This document shows, piece after piece, positions 39,701 to 49,582 of a DNA stretch of 64,000 nucleotides. The notes beneath the pieces were generated by a model. That model did not search any database and was not told the origin of the DNA. It saw nothing but the letters and a program-made list of their open reading frames with translations. The first letter of the stretch is position 1. Each line of letters starts with the position of its first letter. The stretch covers positions 34,515-98,514 of the forward strand of contig JAATGU010000120.1 in NCBI GenBank assembly GCA_015654535.1, written 5' to 3'. The translations under genes were made by a program, and so were the position numbers. The DNA is from Bacteroidales bacterium. GTDB taxonomy: Bacteria > Bacteroidota > Bacteroidia > Bacteroidales > Bacteroidaceae.

Positions 39701-40336
39701 TTAGTATGCCCTAAAAATCAATGCCTTTCCGGTGGTATAAATAATGAAATGGTTGGACAAAGCTGCATTGAGAGTGCCTTGCCACCAACGTCGTAAAGTA
39801 GGAAGCGTATATAGTAATCCCTCTTGAGAAATTATAGCATCAGAAAAATTAAAAATAGAAACTTGCTGACCGGGATAGCTTTCAAACTCACTATTTTCTG
39901 AAATCGGAGTAAAAACTCCATAGTCAGTAACCATCTCAACTTTTGCCTTGTCCATATATTCTGCCAACAAACTAATGTTCCCCAGTGTGTGATCTTCTCG
40001 CTTACCTGTTGCACCTAAAATTAATAACTCCTTTTTGTTCTGCTCTAAGCAAAAGTTGAAAGCTTTGGTTAAATCATTTGTTTCCTGCTCTGCCATTGAA
40101 TGAATGATATCACTAAAACAGGCTCTGTTTTCTTCTGAAAGAGAATCTCCATCGCCAACGATGGCTGACGGAGTTCTTCCAGAACCAACAAACCCGTTAG
40201 TCGCTCCATCACAACAAACCACATAGTCAGTCTTAGCCAAAAGAGCTAATGGAAGTGAATGTATTGGATAATCACCATTTGCTAGTATGATAGCAGAAGG
40301 TATTTTATCAACAGTCAGTAAGGGATACTTTTTCAT
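39701..40336 (-). CDS. thiN: Thiamine pyrophosphokinase
   Basis: Motifs ILANGD, CCDGA, IVGDGDSLS, EQETNDLTKA and GATGKREDHTLGN. Confidence 0.92.
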   Translation of the reverse strand: MKKYPLLTVDKIPSAIILANGDYPIHSLPLALLAKTDYVVCCDGATNGFVGSGRTPSAIVGDGDSLSEENRACFSDIIHSMAEQETNDLTKAFNFCLEQNKKELLILGATGKREDHTLGNISLLAEYMDKAKVEMVTDYGVFTPISENSEFESYPGQQVSIFNFSDAIISQEGLLYTLPTLRRWWQGTLNAALSNHFIIYTTGKALIFRAY

Positions 40337-40904
40337 CGTTCTGAATATTATTCATCATCTTTTTCCATTTAATATAGCCAAAGATGGCTATTATGGCATA
40401 GAGCCCATAAAGTATAGTTGTGGGATAAAGCCCTTTGTAAATATATAAACCACAACAAGCTACATCCACCACCATCCACACCAGCCATTGTTCAATATAC
40501 TTATATGCCAACATCCACATTCCAATCACACTCAGTGCAGTTACAAAACCGTCTCCATAAGGAACAGTACTATCTGTAAACTGAATCAGAAGGAAAACAA
40601 TTCCGGCATAAAGTGCGGCAAAGATAAGAATAACCGGCAAAAGATACCTAACAGGTGTATGTGAAATAGGTTGATCTTCTTCTTTTTGTTTAGGTTTCTT
40701 CATCCACACCATCCATCCATAGATTCCAGCGAATAAATAATAAACATTGATACCCATATCAGCATATAATCCCGCTGAATAGAAAACATAGATGTAGACA
40801 AGTGGCATCACAATTCCGGCAAACCATAAATAGATGCTTGCTTTATACTCCAGATAGAGATAAAGCAAGCCTATAAGTGTGCCTATAATTTCAATATAAT
40901 CCAT
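40308..40904 (-). CDS. pnuC: PnuC-family transporter (PnuT, thiamine)
   Basis: Multiple transmembrane segments, YGWMVW and YKYIEQWLVW. Lies between the thiamine TBDR and TPK. Confidence 0.88.
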   Translation of the reverse strand: MDYIEIIGTLIGLLYLYLEYKASIYLWFAGIVMPLVYIYVFYSAGLYADMGINVYYLFAGIYGWMVWMKKPKQKEEDQPISHTPVRYLLPVILIFAALYAGIVFLLIQFTDSTVPYGDGFVTALSVIGMWMLAYKYIEQWLVWMVVDVACCGLYIYKGLYPTTILYGLYAIIAIFGYIKWKKMMNNIQNDEKVSLTDC

Positions 40905-40921
40905 TATAGTTGGTTCTATTA

Positions 40922-43165
40922 TCAGAATTTCAATGCAATTCCAACCAGTACATTGGTTCCTGCCTGAGCAAAATAACCTGCATCATTAAAGCGATTTTTG
41001 CTTCCATCTGCGTTTACTACATAATAGCTACTTCCCCAGCCATTACTTTCATACTTTTCATTAAACAGGTTATTGACAGAAAGACCTATATGAATGGATT
41101 TCACAGTTGGCAGACTGAAGGTATAACCTAAACGCAGATTATTGACAAAGTAAGCTTTTAGTTTACAATCCTCCAGTTGTGAATTAGTCAGATACTGTTT
41201 ACCCACATAGCTAGATTGCAAAGCAGCATCCCAACTTCCACTATTAATAGAAATAAAACTATTGGCAATGACACTCGGAGAGAAGGCAATAGTCTTTTTC
41301 CCCAAATAAATAGAGGTATACTGGTGCATATCCTCCCCATTTACATCATAAAGTTCCAGATTTTCAGAATAATTCTTAATCTTATTTTCACTAAAAGTAG
41401 CGTTCACATCCCATCTCAACCAAGAAGTAATCTTCGTACCCAAAAGAAATTCGGCTCCAGTACGGTAACTGTCGGGCACATTATTGGCCAATGGCTCACC
41501 TATATCATTATTTTCACCGGTTAGTATCAGTTGATTCTTATACTTCATATAGTAAAGATTCACGCCTGCCATAAACCGGGAGTCATGATAAGTATATCCG
41601 GCTTCATAGTCAAACATTCTTTCGGAAGAAGGAGTTTTGCCAAATTTAGCATCCGTAAAATTATTACGCGTAGGTTCTTTCTGAGCCACGGAGAACGAAG
41701 CATAAGCACTATTAGTTTTATTAATTTGCCAGAACAGACCTGCCTTTGGATTAAAGAAGTTATAAATGTGATCCACAGCTAGCGTTTGCATTTCTCCCGG
41801 AGTTTTAGTTCCATCCCACTTATCATTCACACCATCAATGGTATAGTCTATGCGACGAACCTGTAAATCACCGTAAACATTCAACCCTGTGAATAATTCA
41901 TAGTTTGCCTTCAAATAAACATTAGCATCTGTTTTATTAGAATTATTGCGATAATATTCATGATCAGGATCCAGCTCACCGATATAATTCTTTACCCAGA
42001 TCACTTTTCCAAAGTTGTTACCTTTATATTTATTAGCAGCTCCACCTAAGGAAGCTTGTAAGCGACCAAAAGAATAATTAAAGGAGAATACACCACCTCC
42101 AAAGCCATTGTCCATTTTTTTCTGACGAACCAGGTTACTTTTCTCTGTCAGATCTCCATTGATCATAAAAGGTTGAAGTCCATACTCCTGAAGTACACCT
42201 CTATTCTTGTATTCTTCATAGTAACCTTCTCCATCCGTGTAGTGTAAAGTAAGGTTCAGATTCCATTCGGGAGAAAATACATGTGTGTAAAGTGCCTGAA
42301 AATTAGTTTGCGTATAGTTATCCGTTTGATCCTTATAAAAACCTGTTACATTTCCATCTGCATCTTCAATCTCTCCACAAGGATTATAACGTCGATCTTT
42401 CTCAAGCTGATCAGCGCTGATCCCGTCCCATGCATGATAAGTTTTCTCCTTACCACCGAACACAATGAACTTCAACATATCACGATCTCCATAATACCCA
42501 GCCTGAGCAAAGAAGGACTTTAAATCCGTAGAAGCCCTGTCAACGTATCCGTCCGAACCAATGTCAGAGATACGGACATCAAAAGCCCAATGACTTTTTA
42601 ATAGTCCGGTTCCCACCTTCAACGTCTCTTTGTGCGTATTGAAAGAACCATACGAACCGGAAACTTCTCCATAAGGCAAGGAATACAGGGACTCCGTTTT
42701 CATATTGATGCTTGCGCCAAAAGCACCCGCACCATTAGTAGAAGTTCCCGCTCCACGCTGAATCTGAAGATCTTCAATAGACGATGCAAAATCGGGCAGA
42801 TCCACCCAATATAAATTGTGAGATTCGGCGTCATTCATTGGTACCCCATTGGCTGTGATATTAATACGTGTGGCGTCCGTTCCACGCACCCGCACGCCAG
42901 TATATCCTACTCCTGCCCCGGCATCTGAAGTTGCTACCACCGACGGAGTAAGCGTCAGTAAGAATGGGATATCCATTCCAAAGTTTTGTTTACTAATCTG
43001 ATCTTTACTTACATTGGAGAATGCAACCGGAGTTTTAGCCGTTGCCCGTGTAGAAACTACTTGCACTTCCTGCAATCTGACCAAGCGCAGGCTATCTTTC
43101 ACCTGTGCAAAAGCCGAAGAACCGATTATTGTTAAACCGGCAAGCATCATTACTTTTCTTTTCAT
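40922..43165 (-). CDS. TonB-dependent receptor, probably thiamine uptake
   Basis: TonB box LQEVQVV, plug motif QIQRGAGTS..G..AFG and C-terminal Phe. Preceded by a TPP riboswitch. Confidence 0.9.
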   Translation of the reverse strand: MKRKVMMLAGLTIIGSSAFAQVKDSLRLVRLQEVQVVSTRATAKTPVAFSNVSKDQISKQNFGMDIPFLLTLTPSVVATSDAGAGVGYTGVRVRGTDATRINITANGVPMNDAESHNLYWVDLPDFASSIEDLQIQRGAGTSTNGAGAFGASINMKTESLYSLPYGEVSGSYGSFNTHKETLKVGTGLLKSHWAFDVRISDIGSDGYVDRASTDLKSFFAQAGYYGDRDMLKFIVFGGKEKTYHAWDGISADQLEKDRRYNPCGEIEDADGNVTGFYKDQTDNYTQTNFQALYTHVFSPEWNLNLTLHYTDGEGYYEEYKNRGVLQEYGLQPFMINGDLTEKSNLVRQKKMDNGFGGGVFSFNYSFGRLQASLGGAANKYKGNNFGKVIWVKNYIGELDPDHEYYRNNSNKTDANVYLKANYELFTGLNVYGDLQVRRIDYTIDGVNDKWDGTKTPGEMQTLAVDHIYNFFNPKAGLFWQINKTNSAYASFSVAQKEPTRNNFTDAKFGKTPSSERMFDYEAGYTYHDSRFMAGVNLYYMKYKNQLILTGENNDIGEPLANNVPDSYRTGAEFLLGTKITSWLRWDVNATFSENKIKNYSENLELYDVNGEDMHQYTSIYLGKKTIAFSPSVIANSFISINSGSWDAALQSSYVGKQYLTNSQLEDCKLKAYFVNNLRLGYTFSLPTVKSIHIGLSVNNLFNEKYESNGWGSSYYVVNADGSKNRFNDAGYFAQAGTNVLVGIALKF

Positions 43166-43204
43166 AATTTTAAAAATTAAATAAAACAGAAAAGGGGTCT
43201 TTTC

Positions 43205-43290
43205 TATCTTTGTCCCTCCGCCGGCATTACCCGGATCAGGTTTATGGGTATAATCTCAGCCCGTTATATTAAGGCACCCCTCTAATGAGA
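43205..43290 (-). promoter_or_regulatory. TPP riboswitch
   Basis: Minus strand reads ggggtgcc...gggctgagattataccc..aacctgatccgggtaatgccggcggaggga. TACCTTTG -7 box at 43298-43305. Confidence 0.95.
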
Positions 43291-43620
43291 ATATATGCAA
43301 AGGTAGCGCTTTTTTGTAAATTGCAAGGAAAAGGAAGAAAACTTTTAAAAAAAGATAGGGAATAGGACGTGAAAAATAGCTTTTAAGTTAGATTCAAACA
43401 TTCGTTAAATATCTCATAATTAAGCAATATTACAAGACATAGAACGACGTTCCGTACAAAGATAAACTTTTTTAAAGGAATTTGTATTAAAGATAAATAA
43501 TTGAATAAGATATGATTATTGATATGTTCCACAACCCAAATTAATAGTTTGTCCAATCCTACACGAATTAATATTCCATTTTATTTGTAGTTTCCAGTAA
43601 TTTTATCTAATATTGTAATT

Positions 43621-43707
43621 CGTTTGATATATATCAAACGAATACAATGATATATATCGAAAGGGCCCTTTGATATATGTCAAACTCTTTCTTTAATATA
43701 TATCAAA
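43621..43707. repeat. Array of four 16-bp palindromes TTTGATATATATCAAA at 23-bp period
   Basis: Units start at 43623 (perfect), 43646, 43669 and 43692. Confidence 0.9.
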
Positions 43708-43751
43708 CACAAAATGTATCTTTACTAAAAGAACAATTAAACCTAACTGAA

Positions 43752-44144
43752 ATGGCATTTAGATATAGAGTAAAAACAAAACGTCCGGCTATTAATGGCA
43801 AAGAAATTAAATATTACGCAGTTCCTATACGTAATGAAAAAGTACATATTGACTACTTAGCCGAGGAACTTTCCCAACGCTGCTCACTCACTAAAGGAGA
43901 TATTTTTTCCACGCTGGTGGGATTGGTTGACTTAATGGAGAATCATCTTCACAATGGTGATAGTGTTTATCTCGATAACTTGGGCATTTTCACCCTTTCA
44001 GCTACCAGCGATGGATTTGAATCACTTGAAGAATGTACACCTTCAAAAGTGAGGGCACAAAAGATCTGCTTCCGTGCGGACAATAAACTAAAAAATAATC
44101 TCCAGTTCGTGCAGTTTGAGAGGGATAAACGCGAAGGAGAATAG
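43752..44144 (+). CDS. Bacteroidetes HU-like (histone-like) DNA-binding protein
   Basis: MAFRYRVK start and motifs LAEELS.RCSLTKGDI, GDSVYLDNLGIF and ICFRAD. The upstream in-frame extension runs through the repeat array and is unlikely to be coding. Confidence 0.85.
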   Translation: MAFRYRVKTKRPAINGKEIKYYAVPIRNEKVHIDYLAEELSQRCSLTKGDIFSTLVGLVDLMENHLHNGDSVYLDNLGIFTLSATSDGFESLEECTPSKVRAQKICFRADNKLKNNLQFVQFERDKREGE

Positions 44145-44288
44145 AAATAGATATTACATTAGTAGGAATAATATGGAGCAATTTCATTTAAAGATCACTA
44201 TGTTTAGTATAAAAATATAGGATAGCATATAAAATCAATCTATCTTTGTACTGAAATTTAAAAGTGAAAATTAATCCCTATTCCAACG

Positions 44289-46652
44289 ATGAATATTTTT
44301 TTTTATAAAGCGATCTTGATAGTGTTCTTGCTCGCAGCTAGTTTCCTAACAGCAAATTCGGAAAATTACCATCCTTTTGAAACAAACGTTGTATCTGAAA
44401 GTGGTCCACGTAAACTAAATGTTTCCGGAGTAATTAAAGATACAGAGACAGGAGAACCACTAACTAACGTAAATATCTACATTAAAGAGTTAAACACCGG
44501 AACTTCCACCAATAGTAAAGGTGAATATTTTATGACTCTTCCTAAAGGTACTTTTACTTTCCGGATTTCTTATATCGGATATAAAACCAAAACAGAACGT
44601 ATAGTGATATCCACATCCAATAAGTTCAACTTTAAATTGGATTCTGACGCAAAACTAGATGAAGTAGTGGTTTATGCAAATAAGAAAGACGAGAATATTA
44701 CCCGGACAAACATGGGGGTGGAAAAACTCAGCATCGGGGAAATAAGAAAAATGCCTGCGCTGATGGGTGAAGTGGATGTAATTAAAGCCATACAGTTCCT
44801 GCCTGGTGTTCAAGCTACTTCGGAAGGTGGATCTGGATATAGCGTACGCGGCGGATCTGCTGACCAAAATTTGATTTTGATTGATAACGCAACGGTATAC
44901 AATGCTTCCCACATGTTTGGGTTCTTCTCTGTTTTCAATAATGATGTGGTGGAGAATGTGGAACTTTACAAAGGAGACCTTCCGATGAAATACGGCGGAC
45001 GATTATCTTCCCTGCTGGATGTGCAACTAAAGGATGACTACAGAGGCAAACTTAGTGGTAGTGGTGGACTGGGACTGATTTCCAGCAGATTGATGCTGGA
45101 AGGATCAATAGGAGACAAAACTTCCTGGATGATTGCCGGACGAAGAAGTTATGCGGATCTTTTCCTTAAACTCTCCTCGGATAAGGCTCAAAGAGAAAGT
45201 TCCATCTATTTCTATGATTTAAACGCCAAGATCACTCATCGGTTTTCGGATCAAGATCGACTTTCTTTAAACCTGTATCAGGGAAGAGATAATTTCGGAG
45301 CTTCAATGGGAAAGTTTGATTATGGTAATCTTGTAGCTTCGCTTACCTGGACACATGCTTTCAGAGAGAATCTCCTCTCCAAACTAAGTGTGAACACCAC
45401 TAATTATCACTATATATTAGAATCAAAAATGGATAAGGCGGCGGTGAAATGGAAATCTAACATCACAGACATGACGTTGAGATGGGATTTTGACCATAAC
45501 CTATCGGATGCCTTTAAATTGAATTACGGAGCATCAAGCACGTATCATAATTTCAATCCGGGACTTATCACACGTCCGGATTATCCTGACTACAAAATGC
45601 CTTTATACCATGCATTGGAACATGGAATATACCTCTCTGCCGAACATAAGCTGACCGAAAATCTAAGCTTCAAATATGGCGTTCGCTGGTCTATCTTTCA
45701 GAACATAGGCAGCACTACGGCCTATGTTTATGATGTTAACCACAATGTGAGTGACTCTACTTATTACGGAGCTGGAAAAATATATCATACTTACTATGCA
45801 CTTGAGCCAAGAGTGGGAATGGTTTACAAACTGTCCGACAATTCTTCTGTAAAAGCAAACTATGCTCGCAATACTCAGTTCATTCAGTTGGCCAATAGCT
45901 CCTCATCCGGCTCTCCACTCGACCTCTGGTTTCCTTCCATTCCCAACGTGAAGCCACAAAGAGTAGATATGGTCTCCACCGGATACTTCCGTAACTTCAA
46001 TCGTAATGCAATTGAAACATCTGTAGAGGTTTACTATAAAAAAATGAATAATGTGGTAGACTTTGCAGATCATGCCCAGCTATTGCTGAACTCAAAGCTC
46101 GAAGGAGAAATAAGAACAGGTACCGGTAAGGCTTATGGTATAGAGTTTATGGTGAAAAAAAATACAGGAAAACTAACTGGTTTTATTAATTATACCCTTT
46201 CACGTTCAGAACGTACTATCCCTGAGATCAATAATGGGAAAACATATCTGTCTCCTTTTGATAAAACGCACTGCATAAATATTTCAGCTTCGTACGCGCC
46301 ATCTAAGAAATGGAGTTTCTCGGCAGCTTGGGTCTACTCTACCGGAAATCCAACCACTTATCCTACGGGACGCTTTGAAGTTAACGGAGAATACTTCCCT
46401 ATCTACTCCGGAAGAAATGAATACCGCAGAACGAATTATCACCGATTGGACCTATCAGTAAACTATGTGCCTAAGCACAATCCTGGAAAAGCTTGGACGG
46501 GAGAATGGAATTTCTCACTTTATAATGCGTATGGTCATAAAAATCCATGGATCATCAGTTACGATCAGAATACTCCTACAGGCATACCAGACGCAAAAAT
46601 GACCTATCTCTTTGGAGCTGTTCCTTCTATTACTTACAATTTTAAATTCTAA
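44289..46652 (+). CDS. TonB-dependent receptor with N-terminal carboxypeptidase-like extension
   Basis: SGVIKDTETGEPL, LDEVVVYA, GEVDVIKAIQFLPGV, VRGGSADQN, YGGRLSS and C-terminal YNFKF. TATCTTTG box at 44241. Confidence 0.9.
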   Translation: MNIFFYKAILIVFLLAASFLTANSENYHPFETNVVSESGPRKLNVSGVIKDTETGEPLTNVNIYIKELNTGTSTNSKGEYFMTLPKGTFTFRISYIGYKTKTERIVISTSNKFNFKLDSDAKLDEVVVYANKKDENITRTNMGVEKLSIGEIRKMPALMGEVDVIKAIQFLPGVQATSEGGSGYSVRGGSADQNLILIDNATVYNASHMFGFFSVFNNDVVENVELYKGDLPMKYGGRLSSLLDVQLKDDYRGKLSGSGGLGLISSRLMLEGSIGDKTSWMIAGRRSYADLFLKLSSDKAQRESSIYFYDLNAKITHRFSDQDRLSLNLYQGRDNFGASMGKFDYGNLVASLTWTHAFRENLLSKLSVNTTNYHYILESKMDKAAVKWKSNITDMTLRWDFDHNLSDAFKLNYGASSTYHNFNPGLITRPDYPDYKMPLYHALEHGIYLSAEHKLTENLSFKYGVRWSIFQNIGSTTAYVYDVNHNVSDSTYYGAGKIYHTYYALEPRVGMVYKLSDNSSVKANYARNTQFIQLANSSSSGSPLDLWFPSIPNVKPQRVDMVSTGYFRNFNRNAIETSVEVYYKKMNNVVDFADHAQLLLNSKLEGEIRTGTGKAYGIEFMVKKNTGKLTGFINYTLSRSERTIPEINNGKTYLSPFDKTHCINISASYAPSKKWSFSAAWVYSTGNPTTYPTGRFEVNGEYFPIYSGRNEYRRTNYHRLDLSVNYVPKHNPGKAWTGEWNFSLYNAYGHKNPWIISYDQNTPTGIPDAKMTYLFGAVPSITYNFKF

Positions 46653-46656
46653 AGCA

Positions 46657-47556
46657 ATGTCACATCAAAGTTATTTTTCAACTATATTCAAATTTATCTT
46701 TATCGGTTTATTGCTATCATTATATAGTTGTACCGAGACAATAGATATCAAAACAGATAATTCCAAACCTGTTATCGTAATTTACGGTACTATCACTAAT
46801 ATACCTGCTTATCAGGAAGTGAATATCAGTAGCTCCACTGGATATTTTGACAATAATGCCAATCCAAAAATATCGGGAGCCAAAGTCACCATTTCATCAG
46901 ATAGTGAAACTTATGATTTACAAGAAGTGCCATCTACTCCGGGACTTTATCGAACAAGCAAGCAAATAACCGGCATTCCAGGTAAAAACTATGCCTTACG
47001 CGTAGAAGTAGATTTTGATCAGGATGGAGTGAAAGAAATCTATGAAGCAAACGAAAAAATGGAGAGATCCATACAATTGGATTCTATTGACGTGACCAAA
47101 AGCGTAAAATCAGACTATACTTTTTACTCATTGAATGTTTATGCTCAGGAACCTCCCACAGAAGATCATTACATGTGTCGCTATCAGATTAATGATTCCA
47201 TATATAATAAGATCAGCCGATATATTCTTTTCGACGACGTTAGCATCAATAATCAATACGTAAAAGGTCTATCTATTTGGCATTTCCCCGATACGAAAGA
47301 CAAAGGCCTCTATTCTGACGATGATATAAAGGATATGACATTTATAAGTGCCGGAGATTCTATTACACTGGAAATGTGCATAATTAGTAAGGGCTATTAT
47401 AAGTTCCTAACTCAGTGTCAACAAGAAATGAATGGCGAAGATCCTTTTTTTGGCGGGCCATTGAGTAATATCGATACAAATATCTCGAATGGAGGTGCAG
47501 GCTATTTTGCAGCCTATTATGTTTCCGAAGCAAAGAATATAGTTCCCAAAGATTGA
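46657..47556 (+). CDS. DUF4249-like lipoprotein partner of the TBDR
   Basis: Lipobox LYSC, C-terminal SNIDTNISNGGAGYF motif, 4 bp downstream of the TBDR. Confidence 0.8.
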   Translation: MSHQSYFSTIFKFIFIGLLLSLYSCTETIDIKTDNSKPVIVIYGTITNIPAYQEVNISSSTGYFDNNANPKISGAKVTISSDSETYDLQEVPSTPGLYRTSKQITGIPGKNYALRVEVDFDQDGVKEIYEANEKMERSIQLDSIDVTKSVKSDYTFYSLNVYAQEPPTEDHYMCRYQINDSIYNKISRYILFDDVSINNQYVKGLSIWHFPDTKDKGLYSDDDIKDMTFISAGDSITLEMCIISKGYYKFLTQCQQEMNGEDPFFGGPLSNIDTNISNGGAGYFAAYYVSEAKNIVPKD

Positions 47557-47713
47557 GATTGGAAAAGAAATGAAAACTAAAACTAATACGAACAATTACC
47601 GCAAAATATTTTTTTAATGAGTTCATAACCAAAAAGATATTGAACGGAAAATCTTAATACGCTTTAAGATAATATAAAGAAAAAATATTTTATAAAAATG
47701 AATAGATTTTTAT

Positions 47714-47744
47714 TTTGAAATCTAATTTTATATATGTATGTTTG
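47714..47744 (+). promoter_or_regulatory. Consensus Bacteroides promoter for the small secreted peptide
   Basis: TTTG (47714-47717), 19-nt spacer, TATGTTTG (47737-47744). Confidence 0.8.
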
Positions 47745-47827
47745 CACTTGGAGTTTTGTAACATATCAATACTTTGTCAAAAAAGTATATACATTAAAAA
47801 CATTACTAACAATAAAAAAAAAGAAGA

Positions 47828-48082
47828 ATGAAAAAATTATTTTTATGCGCCGCTATAATTGCAGCAGTAAGTTTCAGCACCTCATCAACCAGTGCACAGA
47901 CAACTAAGAAAGTAGCTAAAACAGAACAGGCTACCAAAGCAACAACTAAAAGTGATGCAAAAGAGTGCTGTAAAAAAGGAGAAAGCACAAAAGAATGTAA
48001 AGCTAAAAAGGGTACTTGCCCAAAAGAAAGTGCTAAAAAAGGAGCTGTAAAAGCAACTAAAACAACTGTTGACAAAAAGTAA
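47828..48082 (+). CDS. Small secreted Lys/Thr/Ala-rich, Cys-containing protein
   Basis: 23-aa signal peptide ending in T-S-A. Has its own promoter and a downstream hairpin terminator (48108-48148). Confidence 0.8.
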   Translation: MKKLFLCAAIIAAVSFSTSSTSAQTTKKVAKTEQATKATTKSDAKECCKKGESTKECKAKKGTCPKESAKKGAVKATKTTVDKK

Positions 48083-48177
48083 GGTTTTTGTCTTAGAATA
48101 GAAAAGAAATGGGCGGAAAGGGAAACTTGTTTGCCCATTATCTTTTTTGATTTTCCCTAGAATAAAAAATAGTATAC

Positions 48178-49221
48178 TTATTCTGGTTTCCTAATAATCA
48201 CGTCCTTTACTTCTTTTCTTGGAGAATAAGGCATGGAATTAGCATAACCAATGCGTAAAAGTAAAGTGGGAACTTCTCCATTGATAGAAAGTTTAGTCTG
48301 CAATTCCGTAGCTAAAGAATATACCTCACAAGGTTGATTCATATATGCATTTGCTATTCCCATACGAGTAGTCTCAAGAAGGAAACGTTCTAGTGATCTG
48401 CCTAATGAAATCCATTCCTCGGGGGTATTATTGCATGTAGTAAAAAGAACCAGATGAGAAGAAGAAGCTATCTTCTTACTATCAGATTTATTTTGTGCTT
48501 TAGGTTTTAAGAAAGACTTAATAATTGGCTTCCCAATGAATGTAGGTATAGAAGGTGAGCCCATTGTACTGTAAGTAAGTCCGTCCCTAGTCTTAGCCAC
48601 CTGCTTTTTATTAAGACGAATCCATCCGGTGAGTTCCTCTTTAAAATTCTTGTCTGTCATTTGAATCTCATTTCCTCGAAAAACGAATTCTTTCAATAGA
48701 TTAAAACTCGCATTACCATTCTTATAGTAATAAACATGCACCTCTTTTTCATAAGGAATTTTTTTCAAATAAGCCAATGTATCTTCATCCACTAACTTTC
48801 CCGTATAAACTCTTCTATTTGTTTGACGTTTAACTATTTGTGCGAAAAGAGGGCAGAAAAGCGTCTGTTCACTCTTCACTAGTGCCACATGAATATAACA
48901 TTCACCTTTAGTATTAGTAAGCAGACTCACCTCCTCTTTATAGCCAAGTTCACGAGCAGTAATACATAAATTTTCAGTCGCTGCACCAATACTAACATAT
49001 AATTCACGGTGAGTACCGTCCACCACTGGCAATGAGCGATCAAAGTTAGGAAGAATATCAATCCCTTTTTCCGTAAACTTAAATTTCCAAGGCTGAGTAT
49101 TGTGCCCGGATGGAGCTTTGATTGCATACTCCACCATTTTTTCAAAATCGGGAGTCTGAGCACTTATACTCACCCCCATTAAAAGACTCTGCATCATTAC
49201 TATAAAAGTTAAGATTCTCAT
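48178..49221 (-). CDS. Acg-type nitroreductase-family FMN-binding protein, probably exported
   Basis: Motifs APSGHNTQPW, SIGAATENL, RQTNR and LLRIGY. Hydrophobic N-terminal signal. Confidence 0.8.
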   Translation of the reverse strand: MRILTFIVMMQSLLMGVSISAQTPDFEKMVEYAIKAPSGHNTQPWKFKFTEKGIDILPNFDRSLPVVDGTHRELYVSIGAATENLCITARELGYKEEVSLLTNTKGECYIHVALVKSEQTLFCPLFAQIVKRQTNRRVYTGKLVDEDTLAYLKKIPYEKEVHVYYYKNGNASFNLLKEFVFRGNEIQMTDKNFKEELTGWIRLNKKQVAKTRDGLTYSTMGSPSIPTFIGKPIIKSFLKPKAQNKSDSKKIASSSHLVLFTTCNNTPEEWISLGRSLERFLLETTRMGIANAYMNQPCEVYSLATELQTKLSINGEVPTLLLRIGYANSMPYSPRKEVKDVIIRKPE

Positions 49222-49582
49222 TTTATATTCATTTATTTATCAGGTACAAATATATGTAACCATCAGGTAACATAATAATAAAAAATGAGCTATTTTATTA
49301 AATAACACTATTATTGTAGATATATATAAAATTGGACGTAAGAAATAAATAATATAGTTTTGTCGCAATTAACCTAAAGAGCAGAAATGGATAATAATTA
49401 AGCTGTATTTTGATGACAAATAAAATCAACAATAATTTAAAGATAAAATAATATAGTACTCCCTAATTTATAAGTTATCCTTTACATGAATTATTTATAT
49501 AATATCAAAGGACCGACTAAAAAATGTTGTACAGGAGAATATCATTAACTCTATATAGATAATAGCTTTCACACAGGCGGCT

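Noticed and set aside
43677-43751. N-terminal extension of the HU-like protein from the ORF track
   Set aside because: It runs through the palindrome array and has no family similarity. ATG 43752 (MAFRYRVK) is the natural start.
47806-48138. 110-aa hydrophobic minus-strand ORF
   Set aside because: It is the antisense shadow of the Lys-rich peptide gene (AAA codons read as TTT). The promoter and terminator support the + strand gene.
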